From Burkholderiales bacterium (GTDB lineage: Bacteria; Pseudomonadota; Gammaproteobacteria; Burkholderiales; Eutrophovitaceae): a stretch of 64,000 bases of DNA. Below the pieces are notes generated by a model. The model saw only the letters and a program-made list of their open reading frames with translations, searched no databases and was not told the origin of the DNA. The position numbers and the translations under genes were made by a program. Shown here piece by piece: positions 19,185 to 27,827 of the stretch (positions within the stretch are counted from its first letter, which is position 1; each line of letters starts with the position of its first letter). The stretch is taken from assembly GCA_028379895.1 (NCBI GenBank), contig JAOEKQ010000002.1:125104-189103 (forward strand), given 5' to 3'.

Positions 19185-20618
19185 ATGGAAAGTCAGAATC
19201 ACACGGGATTATTCAACGTGCTCGTACGCTATGCACCACTCTGGGCTCATCTGTGCGTTTATGTCTGGACCTGCCTTATTGCAGCCGCGGCCTTATATTT
19301 CGGGCAAGGGTCATTCATGATTCTTGTGTCGCATTTTTCCGGAGTAAACATACCAACGAATTATTCATCACAACAGGCAACGGTTCTGTGGGCGTTATTG
19401 CTGATCGCTCCTGCCTTGTTTGCTTTTGGTTTTGTCGCCGCTGTGCGAATCCGAATTGGGGGGGCATTATTTCGAAAAATAGGTGGCATAAGTGACTGGG
19501 ATGCACCAGTCTGGGTTCCTGTTCTGATGTGTCTAGCTGCAGCTAGCGTTGGTGCATATGATCTGTTGCGGGTGGGTGCTTTCGCCAAACTGAGTGCTTG
19601 GACTGACTATGAAGCATGGGTCGCGGGACGTTGGGCGCTCTTCTCTACCTTGGGCTACTTCAACTTTGTCAACCTCTACCTGATCTTGCCTGTTTCGGCT
19701 GCGTGGGTGATTTTGAGTATTAAGGGTGGTGGATGGAAAGCCTTGGCGGCACGTTTAATTCCTCTAGCGGTTGTCATGGTGCTGACTTTATTTCTGTTCC
19801 AGAAGAAAGGGCTGATTGTCTCGCTGATTATCATCTTCGGCGCAGTGCTGCTGCATAGGGTCTTATCCGGAGCATGGACGCGGCGCATGACATGGCTGCT
19901 GGCTGCTGGCATCAGTTTACTGGTAGCGGCCTATTTTATAATGCTCTTAATACCAGTTTTGTCTGCGGAATTAAGATCAGTAAGAGCAGATGATCTGTCT
20001 ACTATTCAGCAAGCGGAAAAACATATTGAAAAAAGTTGTGAATCAGCAGGAAATACGGAAGAGATGATAGCTAAGTGCAAGGAAGCCTCTTTATTCCTCG
20101 GGCCACTTCGCTTCCGCCACGTTCTGGCCTACGCAATACTTGCGCCAATGACAAGAACGTCTTTACCAGCAATGCACTACCCACTCGTATTCCCGGAAGA
20201 GCGCGCTTACTACGGATTTGATTTCGGCCAGGACATTTTGGGTTTTGGTGGAATGCCGGACGACAACCTGGTCATTTGGAAGCGCATGTATCCCAACATG
20301 CCTGGCGGGAGTGCCGGTGCGCCATATCAGTTTGCGCTATACAGTCAAGTCGGCGTGGTGTGGGCTCTTGTGCTGTGCATAGCGGTTGGTGCAGCGTTGG
20401 GGGTGATGTGGCAAGTAATGCTCGCTGACGATATCAGTCGGGTGTGGCGAAGTTTGATGGGTTCGGTGGTCTTACTGTTTAGCATCTATGCCGCAATAGA
20501 TTCTATTCGTGGCAGCCTGCTGTCCAGTTACGGCCTTATTTGGCCTTGGCTTTTTATCAGCCTTGTTTTCTTCATAGGCCACCTGTTTAACCGCAGGCAA
20601 GAGGCCATGTTGCCATGA
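19185..20618 (+). CDS. wzy: Polytopic membrane protein, probable O-antigen polymerase
   Basis: About 11-12 TM helices with a large periplasmic loop; lies in a wzx-containing cluster. Confidence 0.6.
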   Translation: MESQNHTGLFNVLVRYAPLWAHLCVYVWTCLIAAAALYFGQGSFMILVSHFSGVNIPTNYSSQQATVLWALLLIAPALFAFGFVAAVRIRIGGALFRKIGGISDWDAPVWVPVLMCLAAASVGAYDLLRVGAFAKLSAWTDYEAWVAGRWALFSTLGYFNFVNLYLILPVSAAWVILSIKGGGWKALAARLIPLAVVMVLTLFLFQKKGLIVSLIIIFGAVLLHRVLSGAWTRRMTWLLAAGISLLVAAYFIMLLIPVLSAELRSVRADDLSTIQQAEKHIEKSCESAGNTEEMIAKCKEASLFLGPLRFRHVLAYAILAPMTRTSLPAMHYPLVFPEERAYYGFDFGQDILGFGGMPDDNLVIWKRMYPNMPGGSAGAPYQFALYSQVGVVWALVLCIAVGAALGVMWQVMLADDISRVWRSLMGSVVLLFSIYAAIDSIRGSLLSSYGLIWPWLFISLVFFIGHLFNRRQEAMLP

Positions 20619-20643
20619 TCAACTGACCTGACAGAGACTGCAA

Positions 20644-22809
20644 ATGAAACAGATACTTCAAAGCCTCAAGACCGGATCGGTTGAGTTAGCGAACATACCT
20701 TGCCCGAAATCCAGTCCGGGCAAGCTGCTGATCCGTACCCGTTCAAGTCTCATTTCTGCGGGCACTGAGCGCATGCTGGTGGACTTCGGAAAAGCCAATC
20801 TGCTGAACAAGGCGCGGCAGCAACCGGATAAGGTGCACATGGTGCTGGACAAAATAAGGTCCGATGGACTGGTCCCTACATTGACGGCAGTACAGAACAA
20901 GCTGGATCAGCCCCTTGCCTTAGGTTATTGCAATGTTGGCGTGGTGGTCGCTGTAGGGTCGGGTGTTCAGGGTTTTGCCATTGGTGACCGCGTGGCGTCT
21001 AACGGCAAGCATGCCGAGGTGGTGAGCGTGCCCGCCATTCTTTCCGCCAAGGTGCCAGACGTCGTGCCGGACGAGGCGGCAGCCTTTACTGTAATTGGGG
21101 CCATTGCCCTGCAAGGCATACGCTTGGCTCAGCCAACCTTGGGCGAGGGGTTTGTTGTGATTGGGTTGGGACTGATCGGCCTGATCACGGTGCAGTTGCT
21201 GCGAGCGCATGGGTGTAGGGTGCTGGGTGTTGATTTTGATGAGGCAAAACTTGAGCTTGCGCGCAAATTTGGCGCAATAACGGTTAATCCTGCGCAAGGA
21301 GAGGACGTGCTGGCCGCAGCTTCTGCCTTTTCCCGTAGCCGGGGGGTGGACGGGGTGATCATCACAGCTTCGACAAAGAGCAACGAGCCAATCCATCAGG
21401 CAGCACAAATGTGCCGCAAGCGAGGGCGCATTGTGCTGGTGGGTGTGATCGGGTTGGAGTTGTCGCGCGCCGATTTCTACGAAAAGGAACTGAGCTTCCA
21501 GGTTTCGTGCTCGTACGGCCCAGGCCGGCATGACCCGGATTACGAGGAGAAGGGTCACGATTACCCGCTGGGCTTCGTGCGCTGGACCGAGCAGCGGAAC
21601 TTTGAAGCGGTGCTGGACATGTTGGCAGAGGGGCGCATCGATGTAACACCGTTGACTTCACATCGATTTTCCTTGACTGATTTCCAGCAGGCCTATGCGC
21701 TTGTGGGCGGTGCTGGCTCGTCCTTGGGCATAGTTTTGAATTACCCATCTGATACGGACAAGTCCGAGGTGGAGGTGACCCGTCGGACAGTTACTTTGCC
21801 GGGCGCAGCCGCGAAAACCGGCGCTCCGGTGATGAGCTTCATCGGAGCTGGGAATTACGCGGGCCAAGTGCTGGCGCCCGCTTTCCGTGATGCTGGGGCA
21901 CGTTTGAAGACTGTGGCCTCGGCAGGTGGGGTGAGTGGGGTACATGTCGGGCGAAAGAACGGTTTTGAGAACGCGAGTACGGACATCGACGAGATCCTGT
22001 CAGATGCAGAAACGGATGCTGTGGTGATCGCGACCCGCCATAATGCGCATGCGCACCAGGTTTGTGCTGCGCTGAGGGCTGGCAAGCACGTATTTGTTGA
22101 AAAACCGCTCGCACTCAACCGCGAACAGTTAGAGGAGATCACCAGCGCCTATGAGGCAGCCAATGCCAAGGCACGAAGGATCCTGACTGTAGGTTTCAAT
22201 CGCCGGTTTGCCCCTCAGGTAATGCGCATGAAGGGGTTGCTTGAAACTGTAGCTGAGCCAAAATCTTTCATCGTCACGGTGAATGCCGGAGCCATTCCTC
22301 CGGACCACTGGACTCAAGACTCTGAGGTTGGCGGGGGGCGGATCATCGGAGAAGCCTGCCACTTTGTCGACCTCTTGCGTCATCTCGTGGGGCATCCAGT
22401 TACAGGGGTACAGGCCACCATGATCGGGGGAGGCTCAACCGAAACGCCACATGCGGACAAAATCAGCTTTACGTTACGATTTGCTGATGGCTCTTTTGGT
22501 ACCGTGCACTATCTGGCTAATGGGAACAAGGGCTTTCCAAAAGAGCGAATTGAGGTGTTTTGCGGCGGTCGTATTCTCCAGCTTGATAACTTCCGTAAGC
22601 TGAGGGGTTGGGGTTGGGCAGGTTTCAGCAAGATGAACCTGTGGCGCCAAGACAAAGGCAATGTGGGATGCGCGCACGCTTTTGTAGAGGCTGTGGCTAG
22701 CGGAGGCGAGGAGCCAATTCCGTTCGAGGAATTACTCGAAGTAACACGTGTAAGTCTTGAGGTGGTGGAGGCCGCATCATTGGCGAGGCCTGCCATTTCA
22801 TTGACCTGA
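20644..22809 (+). CDS. Bi-domain oxidoreductase (Zn-ADH-like plus Gfo/Idh/MocA)
   Basis: SLISAGTE, LGYCNVG, GLGLIG, SCSYGPGR.D, IGAGNYA, HVFVEKP, GFNRRFAP, GGRIIGEACHFVD. Confidence 0.9.
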   Translation: MKQILQSLKTGSVELANIPCPKSSPGKLLIRTRSSLISAGTERMLVDFGKANLLNKARQQPDKVHMVLDKIRSDGLVPTLTAVQNKLDQPLALGYCNVGVVVAVGSGVQGFAIGDRVASNGKHAEVVSVPAILSAKVPDVVPDEAAAFTVIGAIALQGIRLAQPTLGEGFVVIGLGLIGLITVQLLRAHGCRVLGVDFDEAKLELARKFGAITVNPAQGEDVLAAASAFSRSRGVDGVIITASTKSNEPIHQAAQMCRKRGRIVLVGVIGLELSRADFYEKELSFQVSCSYGPGRHDPDYEEKGHDYPLGFVRWTEQRNFEAVLDMLAEGRIDVTPLTSHRFSLTDFQQAYALVGGAGSSLGIVLNYPSDTDKSEVEVTRRTVTLPGAAAKTGAPVMSFIGAGNYAGQVLAPAFRDAGARLKTVASAGGVSGVHVGRKNGFENASTDIDEILSDAETDAVVIATRHNAHAHQVCAALRAGKHVFVEKPLALNREQLEEITSAYEAANAKARRILTVGFNRRFAPQVMRMKGLLETVAEPKSFIVTVNAGAIPPDHWTQDSEVGGGRIIGEACHFVDLLRHLVGHPVTGVQATMIGGGSTETPHADKISFTLRFADGSFGTVHYLANGNKGFPKERIEVFCGGRILQLDNFRKLRGWGWAGFSKMNLWRQDKGNVGCAHAFVEAVASGGEEPIPFEELLEVTRVSLEVVEAASLARPAISLT

Positions 22810-23219
22810 TGTGCTTTCTGTCGTGCACCCCGATCGTATCTATCCAGGTGCGTCGCATGGGTGATGCGCCAGGGGTGAAGACTACCGAAGACAAGCCATC
22901 CATGACTCTGGTTTTTGAAGATGGTTCGTTCGGAACCATTCCGCACCTAGCAAACGGTGCGTCTAGTTTTCCCGAAGAGCGTGTCGAGTTATTGACCGCC
23001 GGTCGCGCGCTGCAGTTGGACAACTTTCGCAAGTTTAAGGATTATGGCTGGCCGGATTTCAATAGGTTCAACCTGCGGAAGCAGGACAAGGGACAAAACA
23101 GCTGCGCGGCTGCGTTTTTTCAGGTAGTAGAGAAGGGGCTTTCCGCGATTCTGCCGGAAGAAATTTTTGAGGTCGCTCGCGTGACCAGTAGCGTGGCCGA
23201 GCCGCTACGCAAGCAATGA
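22761..23219 (+). pseudogene. Remnant 3' end of a second, divergent bi-domain oxidoreductase
   Basis: The frame from 22761 reads GGGGRIIGEACHFIDLM...FEDGSFGT..LANG..FP.ERVE...LQLDNFRK...QDKG, paralogous to the C-terminus of 20644-22809. The rest of the gene is missing. Confidence 0.85.
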
Positions 23220-24841
23220 CAGCGTCACACTACTTTCATACGATTCGTCATTTGCGCCCTGCCCAAATATTTTGGCGTCTTCGCTTTCGACTTCACCAAC
23301 CCAAACCCGATCTCCGCGAGCCTCCTTTGTGCAGGAAGTCTGTGGCGACTTGGGCACTACCATGTGAGCATAGACAAAGCATGGTCGGTAAAGATACTTT
23401 TATCTTTCTGAACGAATCTAGACAGGTTGCAAATAAGGGTGCGTGGAATGACCCATGCGTAGAAAAACTGTGGCTATATAACCTTCACTATTTCGATGAT
23501 TTGACTGCTGTCGGTGCTGTGAATCGTTGTGAATGGCATGTACGTCTAATCGAGAGGTGGATAGATGAAAATCCACCTGGATTTGGAAATGGATGGGAGC
23601 CATATCCAATCTCCCTTAGAATTGTAAACTGGATCAAGTGGGCCCTCAGTGGTGGGGCGCTTCCGCCGCGAGCTATCGCCAGTCTGGCGATACAGATCCG
23701 TTTCCTATGCGAACGATTAGAGTTTCATTTATTGGGAAATCACCTCTTGGCGAATGCCAAGGCACTTATATTTGCAGGTGCCTTTTTCAAACAAGAGGAG
23801 GCGAAAGAATGGTTGACGAAGGGATTGGCCATCCTGCGCCGCGAGTTGCCTGAGCAGATACTAGAGGATGGAGGACATTTTGAGCGTAGCGCGATGTACC
23901 ACGCAATCATCCTTGAGGATTTACTGGATATTGAGAATGTCGTCAAAGCATATGGCTTGCAAGAAACTTACAACTTTCACATGGTTGTAAAAATGCGAGA
24001 TTGGTTGGCTGCGATGAGTCATCCTGATGGCAGGATTGCATTTTTTAACGATGCGGCATTCGGGATTGCAGCTGGTCTGGCTGAATTGAATGAATATGCG
24101 GAACGTTTGAGACATCCAGTTCGGGGCGCGCTAGGTGATGGTGTACTTCATATGGCAGACAGCGGGTATGTTCGACTTCAAAAGAATGATGCTGTGCTCA
24201 TAGTAGACGCAGCTCCAATCGGGCCGAGCTATCTTCCGGGTCACGCTCATGCGGATACTTTGTCGTTCGAACTCTCTCTGTTCGGCCAGAGGGTCATAGT
24301 GAATTCTGGAACATCTTGCTATGGCAGTAGTTTGGAGCGCCAGCGGCAGCGCGGTACTGCCGCACACAACACTCTGGTCATCGACGGACAGGATTCATCG
24401 GAAGTTTGGGGGGGGTTTCGTGTGGCACGGCGTGCGCAAGTGAAATCGCTGAATATTGAAGAAAAAACGAGTGGCTTTTGCGTTGACGCGAGTCACGATG
24501 GCTATGGCCGTTTGTCCGGCAGAAACCTGCATCGACGCCGCTGGCTGATTAGTGATGGATTGCTGGTGATTGAAGACGAAGTTACTGGAGCATTCGGCCA
24601 TGCTGAAATACGGTTCCATCTTCATCCAGATATCACTGTGTTCGAGGTGGGTGTCGACAGTGTTTCTTTGCGATTGACTAACGGTTCGCTGGTCACGGTG
24701 GTGATCGAAGGGGTGAATCTTGTGGTGGAGAGGACCACATGGCATTCGTATTTTGGCGTTGTCACGCCAAATATTTGTTTGACGGGCATGTTGACCAGTC
24801 CGAAAGTCAGGACGATCATCAACTGGAGAGAAAACGGTTGA
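23216..24841 (+). CDS. Heparinase II/III family protein
   Basis: KLWLYNLHYFD, WEPYP.SLRIVNW, LGNHL, DGGHFERS.MYH, PGHAHAD.LSFELS, RGTAAHNT. Confidence 0.88.
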   Translation: MTASHYFHTIRHLRPAQIFWRLRFRLHQPKPDLREPPLCRKSVATWALPCEHRQSMVGKDTFIFLNESRQVANKGAWNDPCVEKLWLYNLHYFDDLTAVGAVNRCEWHVRLIERWIDENPPGFGNGWEPYPISLRIVNWIKWALSGGALPPRAIASLAIQIRFLCERLEFHLLGNHLLANAKALIFAGAFFKQEEAKEWLTKGLAILRRELPEQILEDGGHFERSAMYHAIILEDLLDIENVVKAYGLQETYNFHMVVKMRDWLAAMSHPDGRIAFFNDAAFGIAAGLAELNEYAERLRHPVRGALGDGVLHMADSGYVRLQKNDAVLIVDAAPIGPSYLPGHAHADTLSFELSLFGQRVIVNSGTSCYGSSLERQRQRGTAAHNTLVIDGQDSSEVWGGFRVARRAQVKSLNIEEKTSGFCVDASHDGYGRLSGRNLHRRRWLISDGLLVIEDEVTGAFGHAEIRFHLHPDITVFEVGVDSVSLRLTNGSLVTVVIEGVNLVVERTTWHSYFGVVTPNICLTGMLTSPKVRTIINWRENG

Positions 24842-26010
24842 AGATATTGGTGTTGAGCTTTTACTTCAGACCGGATCTGAGCGCGGGATCGTTTCGTACC
24901 ACTGCGTTTGTCGATTCGCTTAAGGAACAGCTGCCTGTCGATGGGCGAATAGAAGTGCTCACAACTTTTCCCAATCGCTACAACAGTTTTTCGGTCGAGG
25001 CCTCTACTGAAGAGCGTCTTCCGGGGGTATCGATATTTCGCATCGAATTGCCGCGCCATCAGAGTGGTATGTTCGACCAGGTCAAAGCCTTCGTGTCGTT
25101 TGCACGTGCGGTATTAGGTAAAACCCAGGGACAAAAATATGACTTGGTTTTTGCGACATCCTCACGATTAATGACAGCCGTGTTGGGCGCGTATGTCGCC
25201 CGGAGAAACCGAACACCTTTGTATTTGGATCTACGGGACATCTTTGTCGATACGATCAAGGACGTACTTCCTAGGTATTTGGCGATACTGACAATGCCCA
25301 TTTTTACGTTACTTGAACGCTGGGCGATCAACAGTGCGTGCAAAGTAAATTTGGTTTCAAAAGGTTTTTCTGGATATTTTTCGACTCGATACCCAAAGCA
25401 GAAATTCTCTTATTTCACCAATGGTATTGATGATGAGTTCTTGTCCTTGCCATCACCTGAAAGCGTACTACGGACGGACGGTATGGTGGAGGTTTTGTAC
25501 GCGGGGAACTTGGGTGAAGGACAAGGGTTACACGCCATAATTCCTGATTTGGCAAAGAGAATGCAAGGAAGAGTTCGTTTCACGATCATTGGAGACGGAG
25601 GCCGAAAAGACGCTTTACGTGCGGCATTGATCAGTGCTGGTGTGGACAACGTCGTGCTTATGCCGCCAATTAAACGAGAGCAATTGATAAAGGCATATCT
25701 GGCTGCGGATGTGCTGTTCCTCCATCTGAATGAATACGATGCATTTAGAAAAGTATTGCCCTCGAAACTTTTCGAGTACGGTGCGATGGGCAAGCCCATC
25801 TGGGCTGGGGTCTCCGGCTATGCGGCTGAGTTTGTGCGCACCGAGCTGGACAATGCGGTAATCTTTCATCCCTGCGACGCTGCCGAGGCTGAACGGGTTT
25901 TCAGTCAACTTCGGCTGCAGAACGGATCGCGAGATCGGTTTGTGGATAAATTCGCCCGCGCAAAAATTTCGAACGAATTGGCAGCCGATGTTTTACGCAC
26001 AATTGGTTAA
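24838..26010 (+). CDS. GT4 glycosyltransferase (WbuB-like)
   Basis: KILVLSFYF.PD, YAGNLGEGQGL, LPSKLFEYGA.GKPI. TTG start overlaps the previous stop. Confidence 0.88.
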   Translation: MKILVLSFYFRPDLSAGSFRTTAFVDSLKEQLPVDGRIEVLTTFPNRYNSFSVEASTEERLPGVSIFRIELPRHQSGMFDQVKAFVSFARAVLGKTQGQKYDLVFATSSRLMTAVLGAYVARRNRTPLYLDLRDIFVDTIKDVLPRYLAILTMPIFTLLERWAINSACKVNLVSKGFSGYFSTRYPKQKFSYFTNGIDDEFLSLPSPESVLRTDGMVEVLYAGNLGEGQGLHAIIPDLAKRMQGRVRFTIIGDGGRKDALRAALISAGVDNVVLMPPIKREQLIKAYLAADVLFLHLNEYDAFRKVLPSKLFEYGAMGKPIWAGVSGYAAEFVRTELDNAVIFHPCDAAEAERVFSQLRLQNGSRDRFVDKFARAKISNELAADVLRTIG

Positions 26011-26034
26011 ATTTAAGATTTGCATGAACAGTTT

Positions 26035-26976
26035 ATGACTAAACGCCTTTTAATAACTGGTACTACCGGCTTTGTTGGAAAGGCTGTGTGTAAGCAGGCT
26101 GTTCATTACGGTCTTTCTGTTAAAGGTGCTTTGCACAAAAGCGGGGAAGTGCCAAGTTGCATAGAGTCATTAGTGGTTGGTGAGATAAATGGCTTAACAG
26201 GTTGGGGTAACGTTTTGCGCGATGTGAATGTCGTAGTTCACCTTGCCTCTCGCGTCCACGTTATGGAGGACACCGAGGCCGATCCGCTCACTGCTTTTCG
26301 CGCCGTCAACGTGGAAGGCACCTTGAATCTAGCGCGCCAAGCTGCGGCTGCAGAGGTCAAGCGGTTTGTTTTCATCAGCTCAGTCAAGGTCAATGGCGAG
26401 AGCACACAGCCCGGGCGAGCGTTCACTGAAGCCGATGTACCCAACCCGCAAGATGCTTACGGTCAAAGTAAACACGAAGCCGAGCAGGGTTTGCGCCAAC
26501 TCAGCGCTGACACTGATATGGAGGTGGTCATCATCCGCCCGCCCCTGGTGTATGGTCCCGGCGTCAAAGCCAACTTTGCCGCCCTTATGCGCGCCGTGCA
26601 GCGAGGCTGGCCTTTGCCGCTGGGCATGGCGCATAACCAGCGCAGCTTAGTGGCGTTGGATAACTTGGTGGATTTCATCGTCACCTGCATCACCCACCCC
26701 CAAGCAGCCAACCAGACTTTTTTGGTGAGTGATGGGCAAGACCTGTCCACCACTGAGCTGGTGCGCGGCATGGCGCAAGCAGCTGGGGTGCCTGTGCGTT
26801 TGGTGCCGGTGCCGGTGTGGGTTTTGCAGACGGGGGCTTTGTTGTTGGGCAAGGGCGATGTAGTGCAACGCTTGTGCGGTAATTTGCAAGTTGATATTTC
26901 GAAGGCGCGCAGCTTGTTGGGATGGGTGCCGCCGGCGTCTGTGGAAGAAGGGTTGAGGCGGACAATGGCGGTATGA
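26035..26976 (+). CDS. NAD-dependent epimerase/4-reductase (WbpV/WbpK-like SDR)
   Basis: TGTTGFVG, HLASRVH, SSVKVNGE, YGQSK, RPPLVYGPGVKANF. Confidence 0.88.
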   Translation: MTKRLLITGTTGFVGKAVCKQAVHYGLSVKGALHKSGEVPSCIESLVVGEINGLTGWGNVLRDVNVVVHLASRVHVMEDTEADPLTAFRAVNVEGTLNLARQAAAAEVKRFVFISSVKVNGESTQPGRAFTEADVPNPQDAYGQSKHEAEQGLRQLSADTDMEVVIIRPPLVYGPGVKANFAALMRAVQRGWPLPLGMAHNQRSLVALDNLVDFIVTCITHPQAANQTFLVSDGQDLSTTELVRGMAQAAGVPVRLVPVPVWVLQTGALLLGKGDVVQRLCGNLQVDISKARSLLGWVPPASVEEGLRRTMAV

Positions 26977-27533
26977 AAAGAGTCTTCGATATTTTTTTTA
27001 GTTGTTTAGCAGCTCTGATCTTGTCTGTGCTTCTATTGTTTCTGGCGATTGCCGTTCGCTTCACCTCCAAAGGGCCCGTATTGTATTGGTCGGACCGGGT
27101 TGGCCGGAACAACGTGATCTTCAAAATGCCGAAGTTCCGCAGTATGCGGGTGGGTACACCAGCAGTTGCCACACATTTAATGCTTGATGCCCGTTCATAC
27201 CTAACTCCCATCGGTTCCTTTTTACGTAAAAGCAGCTTGGACGAGTTGCCGCAGCTTTGGAGCATTCTGTCGGGCAAGATGAGCTTTGTGGGCCCACGAC
27301 CTGCTCTCTTTAACCAGGAAGATTTAATCGCTCTGCGCACGGAGCGCGGTGTGCACACCTTGGTCCCGGGGCTAACCGGTTGGGCGCAAGTCAATGGACG
27401 TGACGATTTACCAATCCTAGATAAGGTCGAGCTAGACGCGGCTTATTTGCGGCGTCAGTCCGTGAGGTTTGACATCTATATCTTGTGGTTGACCTTTGTC
27501 AGGGTGTTACGGCGAGACAAGGTGTCTCATTGA
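26973..27533 (+). CDS. Initiating phosphoglycosyl transferase (Bac_transf, PglC-like)
   Basis: MKRVFD, KFRSM, SLDELPQL, MSFVGPRP, PGLTGWAQVNGR. Confidence 0.92.
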   Translation: MKRVFDIFFSCLAALILSVLLLFLAIAVRFTSKGPVLYWSDRVGRNNVIFKMPKFRSMRVGTPAVATHLMLDARSYLTPIGSFLRKSSLDELPQLWSILSGKMSFVGPRPALFNQEDLIALRTERGVHTLVPGLTGWAQVNGRDDLPILDKVELDAAYLRRQSVRFDIYILWLTFVRVLRRDKVSH

Positions 27534-27701
27534 GTGTGCCCGGTCAATATATTGCATGATGGTTTCCGGTTAAATCTAGCTCCTATCGATGATAATTTTC
27601 AGATACTATAATCTTTCAGGGCGCATATTAAAAACCTTGTATTAGCAACGCTATCATTTTTAGAATCCATGTCATGGCTCAAATCACTTGAATCTTTTTT
27701 C

Positions 27702-27801
27702 GTGAATCTTCACATCAAATATTTAAAGAAACGTTCTTTTTTGACGCATATATTATTAGCAAGACTTTCGGGAGAATATTAGACGCTAGTCGGTGTCTCA
27801 T
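27702..27801 (+). pseudogene. Decayed 3' remnant of a second initiating sugar transferase gene
   Basis: VNLHIKYLKKRSF/FDAYIISKTFGRILDAS/VSH (two indels) aligns with VELDAAYLRRQSVRFDIYILWLTFVRVLRRDKVSH of 26973-27533. GGTGTCTCAT is shared at 27521 and 27792. Confidence 0.6.
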
Positions 27802-27827
27802 GGAATCAAACTGATATCGGAGAGAGA

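Noticed and set aside
9583-27394. Many long antisense or alternate-frame ORFs (e.g. 9583-10254, 20920-21558, 26690-27394)
   Set aside because: They are shadows of GC-rich, well-supported genes on the + strand, with no recognisable motifs.
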